DNA of 64,000 bases, taken from positions 1 to 64,000 of the IMG/VR virus record IMGVR_UViG_3300028569_000031. The stretch is one strand, 5' to 3'. Made by a program: the position numbers and the translations under genes. Source of the DNA: a virus. Below, piece by piece: positions 27,521-37,006 of this stretch (position 1 is the stretch's first letter; every line of letters begins with the position of its first letter). The notes under the pieces were generated by a model. It made no database searches. It was given only the letters and a program-made list of their open reading frames with translations, and was not told the origin of the DNA.

Positions 27521-27719
27521 TAAAGCAATACAAGCTGATCACACCAAACGTTACCTACCAGAAAAAGCATGGGCTAATTTGTCCCCAGAAGAACGGAAGA
27601 AAACAGATGATAAGAAAAAACGTGGCTCTAGAGAAGGTAAGCAATTTGTACCTAATACCGAAAGGGCAAAAAAAGCCCGCCTTGCCGTAGAATTAGCAAG
27701 TAAGAGAAAAGAACAATGA
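27513..27719 (+). CDS. small basic protein (DUF5872 C-terminal-like)
   Basis: RYLPEKAW..LS.EE...TD.KK...GKQFV.N. Confidence 0.65.
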   Translation: MADKAIQADHTKRYLPEKAWANLSPEERKKTDDKKKRGSREGKQFVPNTERAKKARLAVELASKRKEQ

Positions 27720-28051
27720 GTATACATGGACAACGAACAGTAAGAAAAAAACTCGCCGACCATGCTGAGGATAGGAGAAGACGACCAGATGAGAGACCAG
27801 CAAATAGACCTCAAGCAGACCTTGGCTATACTCTCGGTGTACGTCAAGACTCTTTACCTTTTGACGAACCATTAAAAACCAACGCTGAAAAATTTGTCTC
27901 TCCTCAACGAACTGATCAAAAAAAACAACGAATGGCCGGTGATGTATTAGGCGCTTTAAACTATGATATAAAACAAGGTACCGGACTACCGTCTGCATTT
28001 AAACAATTGCAAGTCGGCAGTTCTGAACTCCGTAACCCCGAAATTTCTTAG
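27716..28051 (+). CDS. basic disordered protein
   Basis: 111 aa with RMAGD motif. Confidence 0.55.
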   Translation: MSIHGQRTVRKKLADHAEDRRRRPDERPANRPQADLGYTLGVRQDSLPFDEPLKTNAEKFVSPQRTDQKKQRMAGDVLGALNYDIKQGTGLPSAFKQLQVGSSELRNPEIS

Positions 28052-28056
28052 TAGCA

Positions 28057-28248
28057 ATGCCTGGTAAAAACCAAATGCCGCCACAGCTGTTGGCACATTT
28101 TAAAAAGAAAGCAGCTAGCAAAAACGAGTCAGAGGAAGCTACGCCAGAAGTAAAAAAAGAAAACGATAAGGCAAAGCGCAAGGAAGCACTGACAAAAGCT
28201 CGTACCCAATTGGAAGAAAAAAACAGAGCAAAACGAAAAGAAAAATAA
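28057..28248 (+). CDS. small K/E-rich protein
   Basis: MPPQLLAHFKKK motif. Confidence 0.6.
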   Translation: MPGKNQMPPQLLAHFKKKAASKNESEEATPEVKKENDKAKRKEALTKARTQLEEKNRAKRKEK

Positions 28249-28306
28249 TCAGACCACTGGTTAGTGGAAATACGCTACAATTAAAACAACGTAATTAAGT
28301 AGAGCC

Positions 28307-29080
28307 TTGTCGTCATCCTCTTCAAACAAGCAGCCTATGCTTATTGATAGGCCTGCTAATTTAAGCACCCTAGTTACGGTAGCATCTGGTCAGTTATTTT
28401 CTACAAGCTTAATACCGACAGCAATTGGAAATTGTACAAGAGTTTTTGATTGCGATTCCGCACAAACAGACACCTCAATTAGTGGAGCATATATAGATGA
28501 AATATGGTTTCGTTATACAAAAAATAATAATACTTTTATAGATGCACAGACCGCTGGTGCCGGGACATATGCTCAGACAGGAACATCTTCAGTAGTCGTA
28601 ACATTAGCCAATCACAATCTACGTGTTGGCCAAAAAGTAGGACTTGATTATACAAGTGGTACTGCTGTTGATGAAATTGCGGTTGTTTCCGCCGTAACAT
28701 CTACAACATTTACAGTTACTAGCGCAGGAACTTTAACAACAAGCGGAAACGTAAGTGTATACCAACCAACTGATTTCGGGTTCTATTTATTAAATACATC
28801 AACAATTACTAATACCAACCAGTTTTTTCCTTTGTTTGTTGCAAGCGTACCGTCAACTTATGATAACGTTGAGTATAGTCTTACTACAAATTTAGTTCTT
28901 CCTTTGATCAACCACCCAGTACCGCAAGCCGGGGCAAACTTTAGTAGTACTAATAGTACTGTATCTCCAAAAATGCGCGGGTTAATGTTACAACGTGGAC
29001 AAGCTTTATATGTTTCTGTTAGTGGTACAACCTCATTAACAAATGGTTTTTACTGTAACGTGCAAGCGGGTTACTATTAA
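28307..29080 (+). CDS. tail/structural protein
   Basis: S/T-rich; V.VT...H.L.VG..V...TSG repeat module. Confidence 0.6.
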   Translation: MSSSSSNKQPMLIDRPANLSTLVTVASGQLFSTSLIPTAIGNCTRVFDCDSAQTDTSISGAYIDEIWFRYTKNNNTFIDAQTAGAGTYAQTGTSSVVVTLANHNLRVGQKVGLDYTSGTAVDEIAVVSAVTSTTFTVTSAGTLTTSGNVSVYQPTDFGFYLLNTSTITNTNQFFPLFVASVPSTYDNVEYSLTTNLVLPLINHPVPQAGANFSSTNSTVSPKMRGLMLQRGQALYVSVSGTTSLTNGFYCNVQAGYY

Positions 29081-29088
29081 GAACTAAA

Positions 29089-31386
29089 ATGCCTTTTGGA
29101 TCTAAAGGTTTTAGTGGTAAGCCATTAAAAAGTTTTGATGGCGGCTTGTCCAAAGGGTTTGAGGATGTTAGTAAACCAGTAATACCTGATTTTCTTTTAG
29201 ATGAAAACCCGTTTAAATTTACCCCTAAAGATTTAAAATACAGAAGCAATATCCGATTCTACGATCAGGATGCGTTGTGGACCAGATGGAGACGTGGTTA
29301 TGAACTATACACAATTACACAAAATGTTTTAGGTTCTTTTTCTCAAGAAAGAGCACAGCGTGGTGATTATAGAATGTACTGCTCATTTCAGCAGTTTCCA
29401 GGTGTATTTATACCTATACGTGTTTTTACTTTTCCCACAACAAATTCAGAACTCGGTAATCAATTAGTCGGCATAAGAGATGCAAACTCATTAAATTTTT
29501 ATAATTTCGGCTTGCCAATACTGGAAGTACGTTACCTAGGGACAGCAAGAAATGCAACATATTCCCAAAGTGGTACAACAATAACAGTTTCAAAACAAGA
29601 TCATGGTTTTTTTGTAGGGGAGAATGTTTACCTTGTGTTTACTTCTGGGGCCGGAGTAAATGCAACACTTCCAATTACTTCAACAACTCAAAACTCTTTT
29701 ACTTGTATTGCTGCTGCACCGTTAACCACAGGAGGTAATTTAACAGTACAATTATCAACAATATTTACAGACACTCGTTGGACTGAGCTCAGAACAAGAC
29801 TTAGAAGTTTACCAACTGCAGCAAGTTTTCTTTTGGGTGAGCGGTTGGTAGATAGGGTGATTGAGAAAGATCCGGGCATATCTGCAACTTATTCAAGAAC
29901 GAGTTCTACGTTAACTGTAACTTGCTCTTCTGTACACGGCCTTTCAACTGGTAACACTGTTTATTTATTAGTTAGTAGCGGGCTTATTACTTCTGGTCAA
30001 TATACTATTACTGTTACTTCAACAACACAGTTTACAATAACAACAATTACTAGCGGCACAACAAGCGGTAATGTAACAGTAATTCGTTTAATAATGGGAT
30101 TTAGATATGATGATTATGTTGGTTATACGGTAAGTGCAATTGATGCAACTTCAAATGAAATTGTTTTTTATCGCACTGATAGTTATGGTGCACAAACAAT
30201 AAACAATAAAACAGAGACAGTGGTACCAGCTTCAAGAGGATTTGAAGTGGGTAGGTTTCTGACAACCGAAGTTCGTTATCAATGTACATGTCAAGATTAT
30301 ACTAGGCGATCAGGATATAATTTTTTTGAAGAGGTAATGCACAAGAAGTTCCCAGTTACTGCAATTGGTTCCACAAAACCTGGTCAGTATCTAGATAAAG
30401 ATGGGTCTTTAATTAATCAACGGGATAATGTAGGTGTTTTTTCGGACTTAGGTCACGTAGCTATTAATAATTTTTATCAACTACCGACTTATGAAGATAC
30501 ATCAGATACATCATTTCCTAATTTAATGTATTATCAATTGAGATGGTGTAAGCATATATACGCCGCAATGTTTTCTTTAAAGCATGATGAAGGAAATTCT
30601 CCGTTATCTATTAGCGCCAAGTATGTTCAATCTGGTGTGAACATTACAATTAACGCAGAAAATCACGGATTACAGGCTAATACAAAAGTTGAACTTGTAT
30701 TTACAAGTGGCGGCGCAACGTCAGGACAGTATACTATTACGCAAATTATTAACAATAATAGTTTTATTATTGTTTATCCATTTTCAAACAACACAAGCGG
30801 TTACTGCGTTGTAGAAAACCTGAAAGAACATGATTATGTTAATACATGGCTTTTAGAACCTAGTGATAAACCTGTCGGTGATTCTTTGGATACATTTTAT
30901 ATATCTTTTGACAAGGAAAATAAAAACTTACGAAAAGCTGCAGAACGTTTTGCCTTGGTTAAGCAGGGTGAAAAGTGGGTTGGCACGCAGTCAATTATAG
31001 GTTCCAGGAACCTGCCAGAAGATGTTGCTAATATTGACCCACAACTTTTGGTAATGTTAATGACTGACGAAATACGTAGAGGGTCTTCAGGAACATTAGA
31101 TAATCAAGGTGTTTTACAAAACAGTACACAAAGAATGATTTCAATGATCAGTAAATTATTAAACTTGCAACCAGAGTTTATTCTTGGCACTAAATTTGCC
31201 ATGTTAGATGAACCTCTGATTAATTACATGCCGACATTCGATGCTGGTGCAATTAGGGGAGGCGCTTATTTAAATGGAACACCTACGGAAGATCCAGCCA
31301 CATTGACCGCTATTAATTGCTCCAGCTATGATCCGTATGTGCAGCAAGATACGGTAGTATCTTCTGGACGTTATATTAATTCTTAA
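29089..31386 (+). CDS. structural protein with three beta-repeat modules and a split SWIM-like zinc finger
   Basis: three Y......IT....HG...G..V.L...SG repeats; YQCTCQDY...WCKHIYA. Confidence 0.6.
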   Translation: MPFGSKGFSGKPLKSFDGGLSKGFEDVSKPVIPDFLLDENPFKFTPKDLKYRSNIRFYDQDALWTRWRRGYELYTITQNVLGSFSQERAQRGDYRMYCSFQQFPGVFIPIRVFTFPTTNSELGNQLVGIRDANSLNFYNFGLPILEVRYLGTARNATYSQSGTTITVSKQDHGFFVGENVYLVFTSGAGVNATLPITSTTQNSFTCIAAAPLTTGGNLTVQLSTIFTDTRWTELRTRLRSLPTAASFLLGERLVDRVIEKDPGISATYSRTSSTLTVTCSSVHGLSTGNTVYLLVSSGLITSGQYTITVTSTTQFTITTITSGTTSGNVTVIRLIMGFRYDDYVGYTVSAIDATSNEIVFYRTDSYGAQTINNKTETVVPASRGFEVGRFLTTEVRYQCTCQDYTRRSGYNFFEEVMHKKFPVTAIGSTKPGQYLDKDGSLINQRDNVGVFSDLGHVAINNFYQLPTYEDTSDTSFPNLMYYQLRWCKHIYAAMFSLKHDEGNSPLSISAKYVQSGVNITINAENHGLQANTKVELVFTSGGATSGQYTITQIINNNSFIIVYPFSNNTSGYCVVENLKEHDYVNTWLLEPSDKPVGDSLDTFYISFDKENKNLRKAAERFALVKQGEKWVGTQSIIGSRNLPEDVANIDPQLLVMLMTDEIRRGSSGTLDNQGVLQNSTQRMISMISKLLNLQPEFILGTKFAMLDEPLINYMPTFDAGAIRGGAYLNGTPTEDPATLTAINCSSYDPYVQQDTVVSSGRYINS

Positions 31387-31388
31387 CC

Positions 31389-31826
31389 ATGACCGTTCAA
31401 ATATTAAGTCGCTTCTCAGACCTTCTTTATGACCGGCCTTTTCCAACAAGATTAGGCGTACTCCCCGATGGCGTAGAAATGGCTTTAAACCATAACGCTA
31501 ATGATCCGGGTTTATATTTTGCAGATAATACGTCAGGGCCTACACGCGGCTTAATAAAAGTAGGTCCCACACACGTAGGCAGTACCGCCCCCAACCTTAC
31601 GCCAACTGGCCACACAAGTTACTCTAAGGGTGAATCCTGGTTAGATACGGCCAGTACAAAAATCTTTAAGGTGTACGATGGATCAGCATTTCAAGCGACA
31701 AATGCTGTCGCTTCTGTTAGTTCTGGTAAACCATCTAATCCAATAAACGGACAACTTCATTACGACTCAGCTATACCAGGTTTATTTATATACTTAACAA
31801 GTAGTGCTAACTGGGTTGCTGTTTAA
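31389..31826 (+). CDS. tail fibre-associated protein
   Basis: GE.WLDT...KVYDG and P..GQL.YD motifs. Confidence 0.6.
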   Translation: MTVQILSRFSDLLYDRPFPTRLGVLPDGVEMALNHNANDPGLYFADNTSGPTRGLIKVGPTHVGSTAPNLTPTGHTSYSKGESWLDTASTKIFKVYDGSAFQATNAVASVSSGKPSNPINGQLHYDSAIPGLFIYLTSSANWVAV

Positions 31827-32062
31827 CGCATTACCCTGTCAAGAATCCTATCTAATTTACTATGTACAGCCTGCATTTCCCGAAGAAAGTCTTCTTTTAA
31901 TACGTAATCCCTGATTAAACGATCTTCTAAAGAGTCGAGTTTGTCTTCAATTTTTTCAAAACGTTTATTCAAACGCTCTTGCGAATTATACAAGGCCTTG
32001 GACAGACCGGCAAATGCCGCAATTCCTGCAGAAAGAGCAGTTATAATTGTTTCTATTGGCAT
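31823..32062 (-). CDS. small TM plus coiled-coil protein (holin-like candidate)
   Basis: N-terminal TM, then YV.KEDF...KLD; TAGAAT upstream on minus strand. Confidence 0.55.
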   Translation of the reverse strand: MPIETIITALSAGIAAFAGLSKALYNSQERLNKRFEKIEDKLDSLEDRLIRDYVLKEDFLREMQAVHSKLDRILDRVMR

Positions 32063-32134
32063 TGTTTTAGTCCTCTTACTATCTATTCTAAAGGATTTAA
32101 CAACTTAGAATAACATCAGAAAAATAAAGGTATC

Positions 32135-32668
32135 ATGTCAACAGGGTACGATCCCAATATAGAAGGGGCTATTACTGTACTCGTTGATTTGATGTCCGGT
32201 AATGGGTTCACGCTTACTAGGAAACCCTATGCTCCTAATTATAGGGGTTTGGTGGATTGCATTATTGATTTAAAAGATGGTTTGTATGCATATGTTCCAC
32301 ATAGAGTTGGATTTAATGCTGTGGTTTTTGAGAACGTAAATAAAAATGATGCGGTTTACCTTAGAGTAGCAGATGGTCAGGCAGGCAAAGCTATTGCAAG
32401 CGGCGTTTCTTTTGACGCTGCCTGTGTTATTGGGTTTGCTGAAGAGGCCGTTCTCTCAGGCGGAACAGCAAGAATTATTGTTGCAGGGTTTCAAACTTTT
32501 ACAACTACTTTAGATCCAGGGGATTTGTATTTCCTATCCGCTGCAACTGCTGGCCAAATCACAACAACGCCACCAAGTACCGCTGGTCAATATGTAACAA
32601 GAGTAGGAGAAGCATCAACAACCAGCGAATTTGTTATCCAAATAGAACCGCCAATTAGGTTAAGGTAA
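32135..32668 (+). CDS. cement/decoration-like (DUF2190-like) protein
   Basis: AVY....G.A.KA...IGFA...PG..YFLS...G.I.TT.P. Confidence 0.55.
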   Translation: MSTGYDPNIEGAITVLVDLMSGNGFTLTRKPYAPNYRGLVDCIIDLKDGLYAYVPHRVGFNAVVFENVNKNDAVYLRVADGQAGKAIASGVSFDAACVIGFAEEAVLSGGTARIIVAGFQTFTTTLDPGDLYFLSAATAGQITTTPPSTAGQYVTRVGEASTTSEFVIQIEPPIRLR

Positions 32669-32670
32669 AT

Positions 32671-33486
32671 ATGTCAATCACACCAATAAGTAATACTGGT
32701 TTATACCCAGGTCTTTCTTGGGCCACTGTATTCACGTCAGGTAACCAGAGCGGTATATATGCAATAAATAGTACGACAGCAACTGGGACACTTTTTGATT
32801 TTAAAAATTATTCCACGTCCGTTGAACTACTTTGTTGTTCTACTGATGGGATAGCTACAGTCTACGCAAATGGTGTTGCCGCAACGGGAATTGCGGTTGG
32901 TAGTACATATGCGTCAGCTACTTGGATAACGGTTCTTTCTGGAGCAGGTACATTAACAAGCATAGCTGTTGAATCCATAGGTACACAAAGGGGAATACTA
33001 TTTCAAATTCGTGTTGATGGAACTCAACTTATTGATTTAAATCCTTACGCACCAAATGATCTTGGTGTAATTGAATCTTTAATAGATTTAAAAACAAATA
33101 TAGCAAATATTTTACCAGTAAGATCAAGCTTGTCAATTATAGGAACTACATTTGAGCCGGTTTCACAAGGTGAGGCAGTTTATATGCGTAGCAGTGACGG
33201 AAAGTTGGGTAAGGCCGTCGCTAATTCCACTGTTGAACTAGCTACTGTTATTGGTTTTGCCCGTGAAACAAAAACAACAGGCCAACTTTTACAAGCCTCT
33301 TTTGCTGGTATACAGGGAACAACAGGACTTACCCCAGGTAGCATTTATTTTTTATCTGCCAGTTCTCCTGGTGCAATAGTAACTACTGCTCCATCTACTT
33401 CTTCTTACTACATCACAAGGGTGGGTAAGGCTGTGACTTCTACCCAACTTGCCGTGGAATTAGAACCACCTATACTTTTAACGTAG
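32671..33486 (+). CDS. paralogue of 32135..32668 with extra N-terminal domain
   Basis: shared PYAPN..G...IDLK and C-terminal domain. Confidence 0.55.
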   Translation: MSITPISNTGLYPGLSWATVFTSGNQSGIYAINSTTATGTLFDFKNYSTSVELLCCSTDGIATVYANGVAATGIAVGSTYASATWITVLSGAGTLTSIAVESIGTQRGILFQIRVDGTQLIDLNPYAPNDLGVIESLIDLKTNIANILPVRSSLSIIGTTFEPVSQGEAVYMRSSDGKLGKAVANSTVELATVIGFARETKTTGQLLQASFAGIQGTTGLTPGSIYFLSASSPGAIVTTAPSTSSYYITRVGKAVTSTQLAVELEPPILLT

Positions 33487-33538
33487 TGTCTAACTATACC
33501 CTTGATAATATAGATAATAAGGTGAGACCTGTGCACGC

Positions 33539-35002
33539 ATGACAACTAGAAAACCTATTGTTTTAATTTCAGGGCTTTTTGAAGAAGTAAATACTCCGAC
33601 GGATGGACTGGACTTTGCTGGAAATACAACAACAAATTTAACAGAGGGTACAAATCTTTATTACACAGATACTAGAGCACGGTTATCAATTTCTGCTGGA
33701 AACACAGGAACTGGATATGGGTCTATAAGCTATAACAACAGTACAGGAGTTCTTACCTATTCAGTAGTTACAGACTTAAATATTAGAGGTGCTTTAAGTG
33801 TAGCTGGTGGTTCAGGTTTAACGTACAACAGTACTACTGGAGTATTTGGTACAAGTGCTATTCCAAACTCTCAATTAGCCAACAGTAGTATTACTTTTGG
33901 TGTTACACCTGCTGCTTTAGGTTCTACAGTAACAAGTTTTGATATTACCAATCTAAAAACCGCTGGGCTTGAAATAAAACATCCATCTACCAGTGCTTCA
34001 CATATAATAGCTGATTACGCGGGTATTCTTTTTACGGGCGCCACAATTACAGTTGGTCAGTATATTGACCTAGTACCTGCACAGCCGACCGGCGCACGTG
34101 TTATTACTCTTCCAGATGCAACAGGTACGGTTGCTCTGTTGTCATCAATAAGTGCAACAAATACTGGAACTGGATACGGGTCCATAAGCTATAACAACAC
34201 GACCGGAGTACTTACATATTCAGTAGTTACAGATTTAAACATTAGAGGTGCTTTAAGTGCTACTAACAGCGGTAGTGGTTATGGGTCAATAAGTTATAAC
34301 AGTACTTCTGGCGCTATTACCTATTCAGTAGTTACAGACTTAAATATTAGAGGTTCTTTAAGTGTAGCTGGTGGTTCAGGTTTAACGTACAACAGTACTA
34401 CTGGAGTATTTGGCACAAGTGCTATTCCGAACGCACAGCTTGCTAATAGCAGCCTCACCGTTGGTTCTACGTCAATTGCTCTTGGAAGCACTGCAACCAG
34501 CATTGCTGGCTTAACTGCTTTAACAGCAACAACATTAACCGCTGGTACCGGCGGACATATATTTACTGGTTCCTCATCAGGAACTACTACAGTTGTTGCC
34601 ACAGCAGCAGCATCTGGAACCTTAACTCTTCCTGCTACTACCAGCACACTTGCCGTTCTAGGCTTAGCCCAAAGCTACAGTGCGGCGCAACGTGGAACGA
34701 TCAGTGTCCTTACAAGTAGTTCTTCCATTACTCCAGATTTTGCTGTTGCTAATAACTTTTCCTTAACCTTAGGCGTAAGTACTACAATCCAAAATCCGTC
34801 AAACTTAACTGCTGGACAAAGCGGTGCAATAGTTATTACTCAGGACGGTACCGGCTCCAGAACAATTGCCTATGGTTCATATTTTAAATTTTCAGGTGGT
34901 ACACCAACAGCTACGACAACTGCAAATGCCGTTGACGTATTAGTTTATTATGTTGAATCAGCTACGAGAATAACAGCTAGACTGATAACAAACGTGGCAT
35001 AA
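33539..35002 (+). CDS. tail fibre protein with internal repeats
   Basis: three GYGSISYN...TYSVVTDLNIRG repeats; C-terminal ITPDF...GQSG...QD.TG.R domain. Confidence 0.75.
   Translation: MTTRKPIVLISGLFEEVNTPTDGLDFAGNTTTNLTEGTNLYYTDTRARLSISAGNTGTGYGSISYNNSTGVLTYSVVTDLNIRGALSVAGGSGLTYNSTTGVFGTSAIPNSQLANSSITFGVTPAALGSTVTSFDITNLKTAGLEIKHPSTSASHIIADYAGILFTGATITVGQYIDLVPAQPTGARVITLPDATGTVALLSSISATNTGTGYGSISYNNTTGVLTYSVVTDLNIRGALSATNSGSGYGSISYNSTSGAITYSVVTDLNIRGSLSVAGGSGLTYNSTTGVFGTSAIPNAQLANSSLTVGSTSIALGSTATSIAGLTALTATTLTAGTGGHIFTGSSSGTTTVVATAAASGTLTLPATTSTLAVLGLAQSYSAAQRGTISVLTSSSSITPDFAVANNFSLTLGVSTTIQNPSNLTAGQSGAIVITQDGTGSRTIAYGSYFKFSGGTPTATTTANAVDVLVYYVESATRITARLITNVA
33753..34428 (+). repeat. 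112-bp direct repeat (33753-33864 / 34317-34428)
   Basis: 2 mismatches; offset 564 nt, in frame. Confidence 0.85.
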
Positions 35003-35008
35003 TAGATT

Positions 35009-35413
35009 ATGGCAACTCAAGTACAACTAAGGCGTGGTACGACTGCTCAGACAGCTTCTTTTGCTGGTGCACTGGGGGAGGTTACTGTTGATACACAGAA
35101 ACTTACAGCCATAGTTCATGATGCGATAACACTTGGCGGGTTTCCGCTTTTACGAGAAGACGGTACCAACTGTTTACTTTCTCCCGGCGCACTCAATAGT
35201 TGCGCTCTTAAGTTTGCCAACAGCATTAATACTGGTATTATTAGTTCAGTACAGGCCCAATTATCTTTGGTGACGAACGGTGTTGCAAGGCTTACAATAG
35301 ATTCTTCAGGGAGTGCAACCTTCTCTGGAAACCTAACCGTTAATGGAAGTCTTAGTGTCGCTGGCACTACTACTTCATCTGACACTTTAACCTTAATTAT
35401 TGCTCTAAGTTAA
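35009..35413 (+). CDS. tail fibre protein (Mtd/hyaluronidase-like N-terminus)
   Basis: MATQVQLRRGTT...GALGEVTVDT. Confidence 0.75.
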   Translation: MATQVQLRRGTTAQTASFAGALGEVTVDTQKLTAIVHDAITLGGFPLLREDGTNCLLSPGALNSCALKFANSINTGIISSVQAQLSLVTNGVARLTIDSSGSATFSGNLTVNGSLSVAGTTTSSDTLTLIIALS

Positions 35414-35758
35414 ATGGCAAACACTTTTAAAAAAGATACAAAGTCAAGCCTTTTGACAGCTGATGTAACATCAAGCGCAACTACTAATATACTTACAGCG
35501 GGTGGCTCTGCTACTCTTGTTATTCTTAGTGTATTAGTTTCAAACAAAACTGGTAGCAGTGCAAACGCAAATGTATATATTTCTTCCGCAGTTGGTGATT
35601 CAGTATTTCTTATAAAGAATGGGCCGGTGCCAGCAGGCTCCTCGTTAGAACTTGTACAAGGTAATAAACTGATTGTAGAACCATCAGATGTTATCCGCGC
35701 CAGTTCAGATACGGGCTCGGCACTTGACATAATGATTAGCTACCTGGAGCAAACATAA
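35414..35758 (+). CDS. tail-associated structural protein
   Basis: MANTFK...P.GSSLE...K..VE.SD. Confidence 0.6.
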   Translation: MANTFKKDTKSSLLTADVTSSATTNILTAGGSATLVILSVLVSNKTGSSANANVYISSAVGDSVFLIKNGPVPAGSSLELVQGNKLIVEPSDVIRASSDTGSALDIMISYLEQT

Positions 35759-36165
35759 TGACAACAGGACTAACAACGATTGGTGACATTGACATTCTGT
35801 ACAAACAGGTGAGTTCTTTAAAAGAAGATATTAAAAACAAAGGAGAACTAAAAGAAGAAACATATAATTTAAAAATTATTGAAATAGAAAAGCGTCTTCA
35901 AGATTTAGAATCAAGAATCTTTGAAGAACGTGTTCTTGAACTGGATGACACTTCTTGGGATAATATTATTTTGAAAAGAAATTACCTACTTAAGTCAACA
36001 GACTGGACCGTTACTTCTGGTTGCACTGTAGATCAATCTGCTTGGGTATCTTATAGACAACAATTAAGGGACTTACCACAAACGTTTTTCGGTGTAAAAT
36101 TAAATGAGGTCCGATGGCCAGCAGCACCTGCTACTACTGGCCCAAACTCAATAAAAAATAAATAG
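35758..36165 (+). CDS. tail fibre assembly chaperone
   Basis: W....RN.LL..TDW...W..YRQ.LRDLPQ...WP..P. Confidence 0.8.
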   Translation: MTTGLTTIGDIDILYKQVSSLKEDIKNKGELKEETYNLKIIEIEKRLQDLESRIFEERVLELDDTSWDNIILKRNYLLKSTDWTVTSGCTVDQSAWVSYRQQLRDLPQTFFGVKLNEVRWPAAPATTGPNSIKNK

Positions 36166-36173
36166 GAACTGAC

Positions 36174-37004
36174 ATGCGTTATATAGGAAACACAACATTA
36201 ACACCTGGTATAAGTTACCAACGTATTGATAATATTGGGTCTAGTTTTAACGGCGTTACAACGTCTTTTCCATTATTAGTTTCTGGTATTTCACCTGTCC
36301 CATTTCCATCTAACCCACAACAGTGTTTAATTTCTGTTAACGGTGTAATTCAAAAGCCAGACCCAACCGGTGCAGCTGGCTTTAATTTAGTGGGTACGAA
36401 CATAGTATTTGCCTCTGCTCCGACAGGAGGTTGGGCTTTCTTCGGGGTTGTTCTTGCTGGGTCTGATTTTGTTGCGGTTGGGGCCAGTTTCCCAGATGGT
36501 TCAAATAGTGCACCGAGTATTACATTTGATAATGCACCAACCACTGGTTTTTATCGCAGCGGCTCAAATGAAATTAGTGTTACTACTGGAGGTGTTCAAC
36601 GTGCTGTTTTTGACGCTAACGGTAATCTTGCTATAGGAGCATCTGTAGGTAATACAAAAATATATGTTCAAGGCACCGGAGCAATGAACATTGCAACTTT
36701 AACCGATGGGTCTACAATTACTCCTGATTTTACAGTTGCCAATAACTTTACAGTCACTTTGACCGGAACACCTCGAACACTTGCTAACCCAACTGGCATG
36801 ACTGTTGGGCAGAGTGGTTTGATTTATATTCTGCAGGATGCAACTGGAAACAGGATTTTAAGTTACGGCAGCCATTGGAAATTCCCTGGCGGCCAATCGT
36901 TTAAAAATTTAACTACTACAGCAAACGCAGTTGACTTAATTGGTTATACTGTACGTACAAGTACAAGCATTGCTTGTCAACTCGTAAACAACCTTACCCA
37001 ATAA
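36174..37004 (+). CDS. tail fibre protein
   Basis: FNG.TT.F.L...ISVNGVIQ.P, GS.SAPSITF; C-terminal domain shared with 33539..35002. Confidence 0.75.
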   Translation: MRYIGNTTLTPGISYQRIDNIGSSFNGVTTSFPLLVSGISPVPFPSNPQQCLISVNGVIQKPDPTGAAGFNLVGTNIVFASAPTGGWAFFGVVLAGSDFVAVGASFPDGSNSAPSITFDNAPTTGFYRSGSNEISVTTGGVQRAVFDANGNLAIGASVGNTKIYVQGTGAMNIATLTDGSTITPDFTVANNFTVTLTGTPRTLANPTGMTVGQSGLIYILQDATGNRILSYGSHWKFPGGQSFKNLTTTANAVDLIGYTVRTSTSIACQLVNNLTQ

Positions 37005-37006
37005 TT

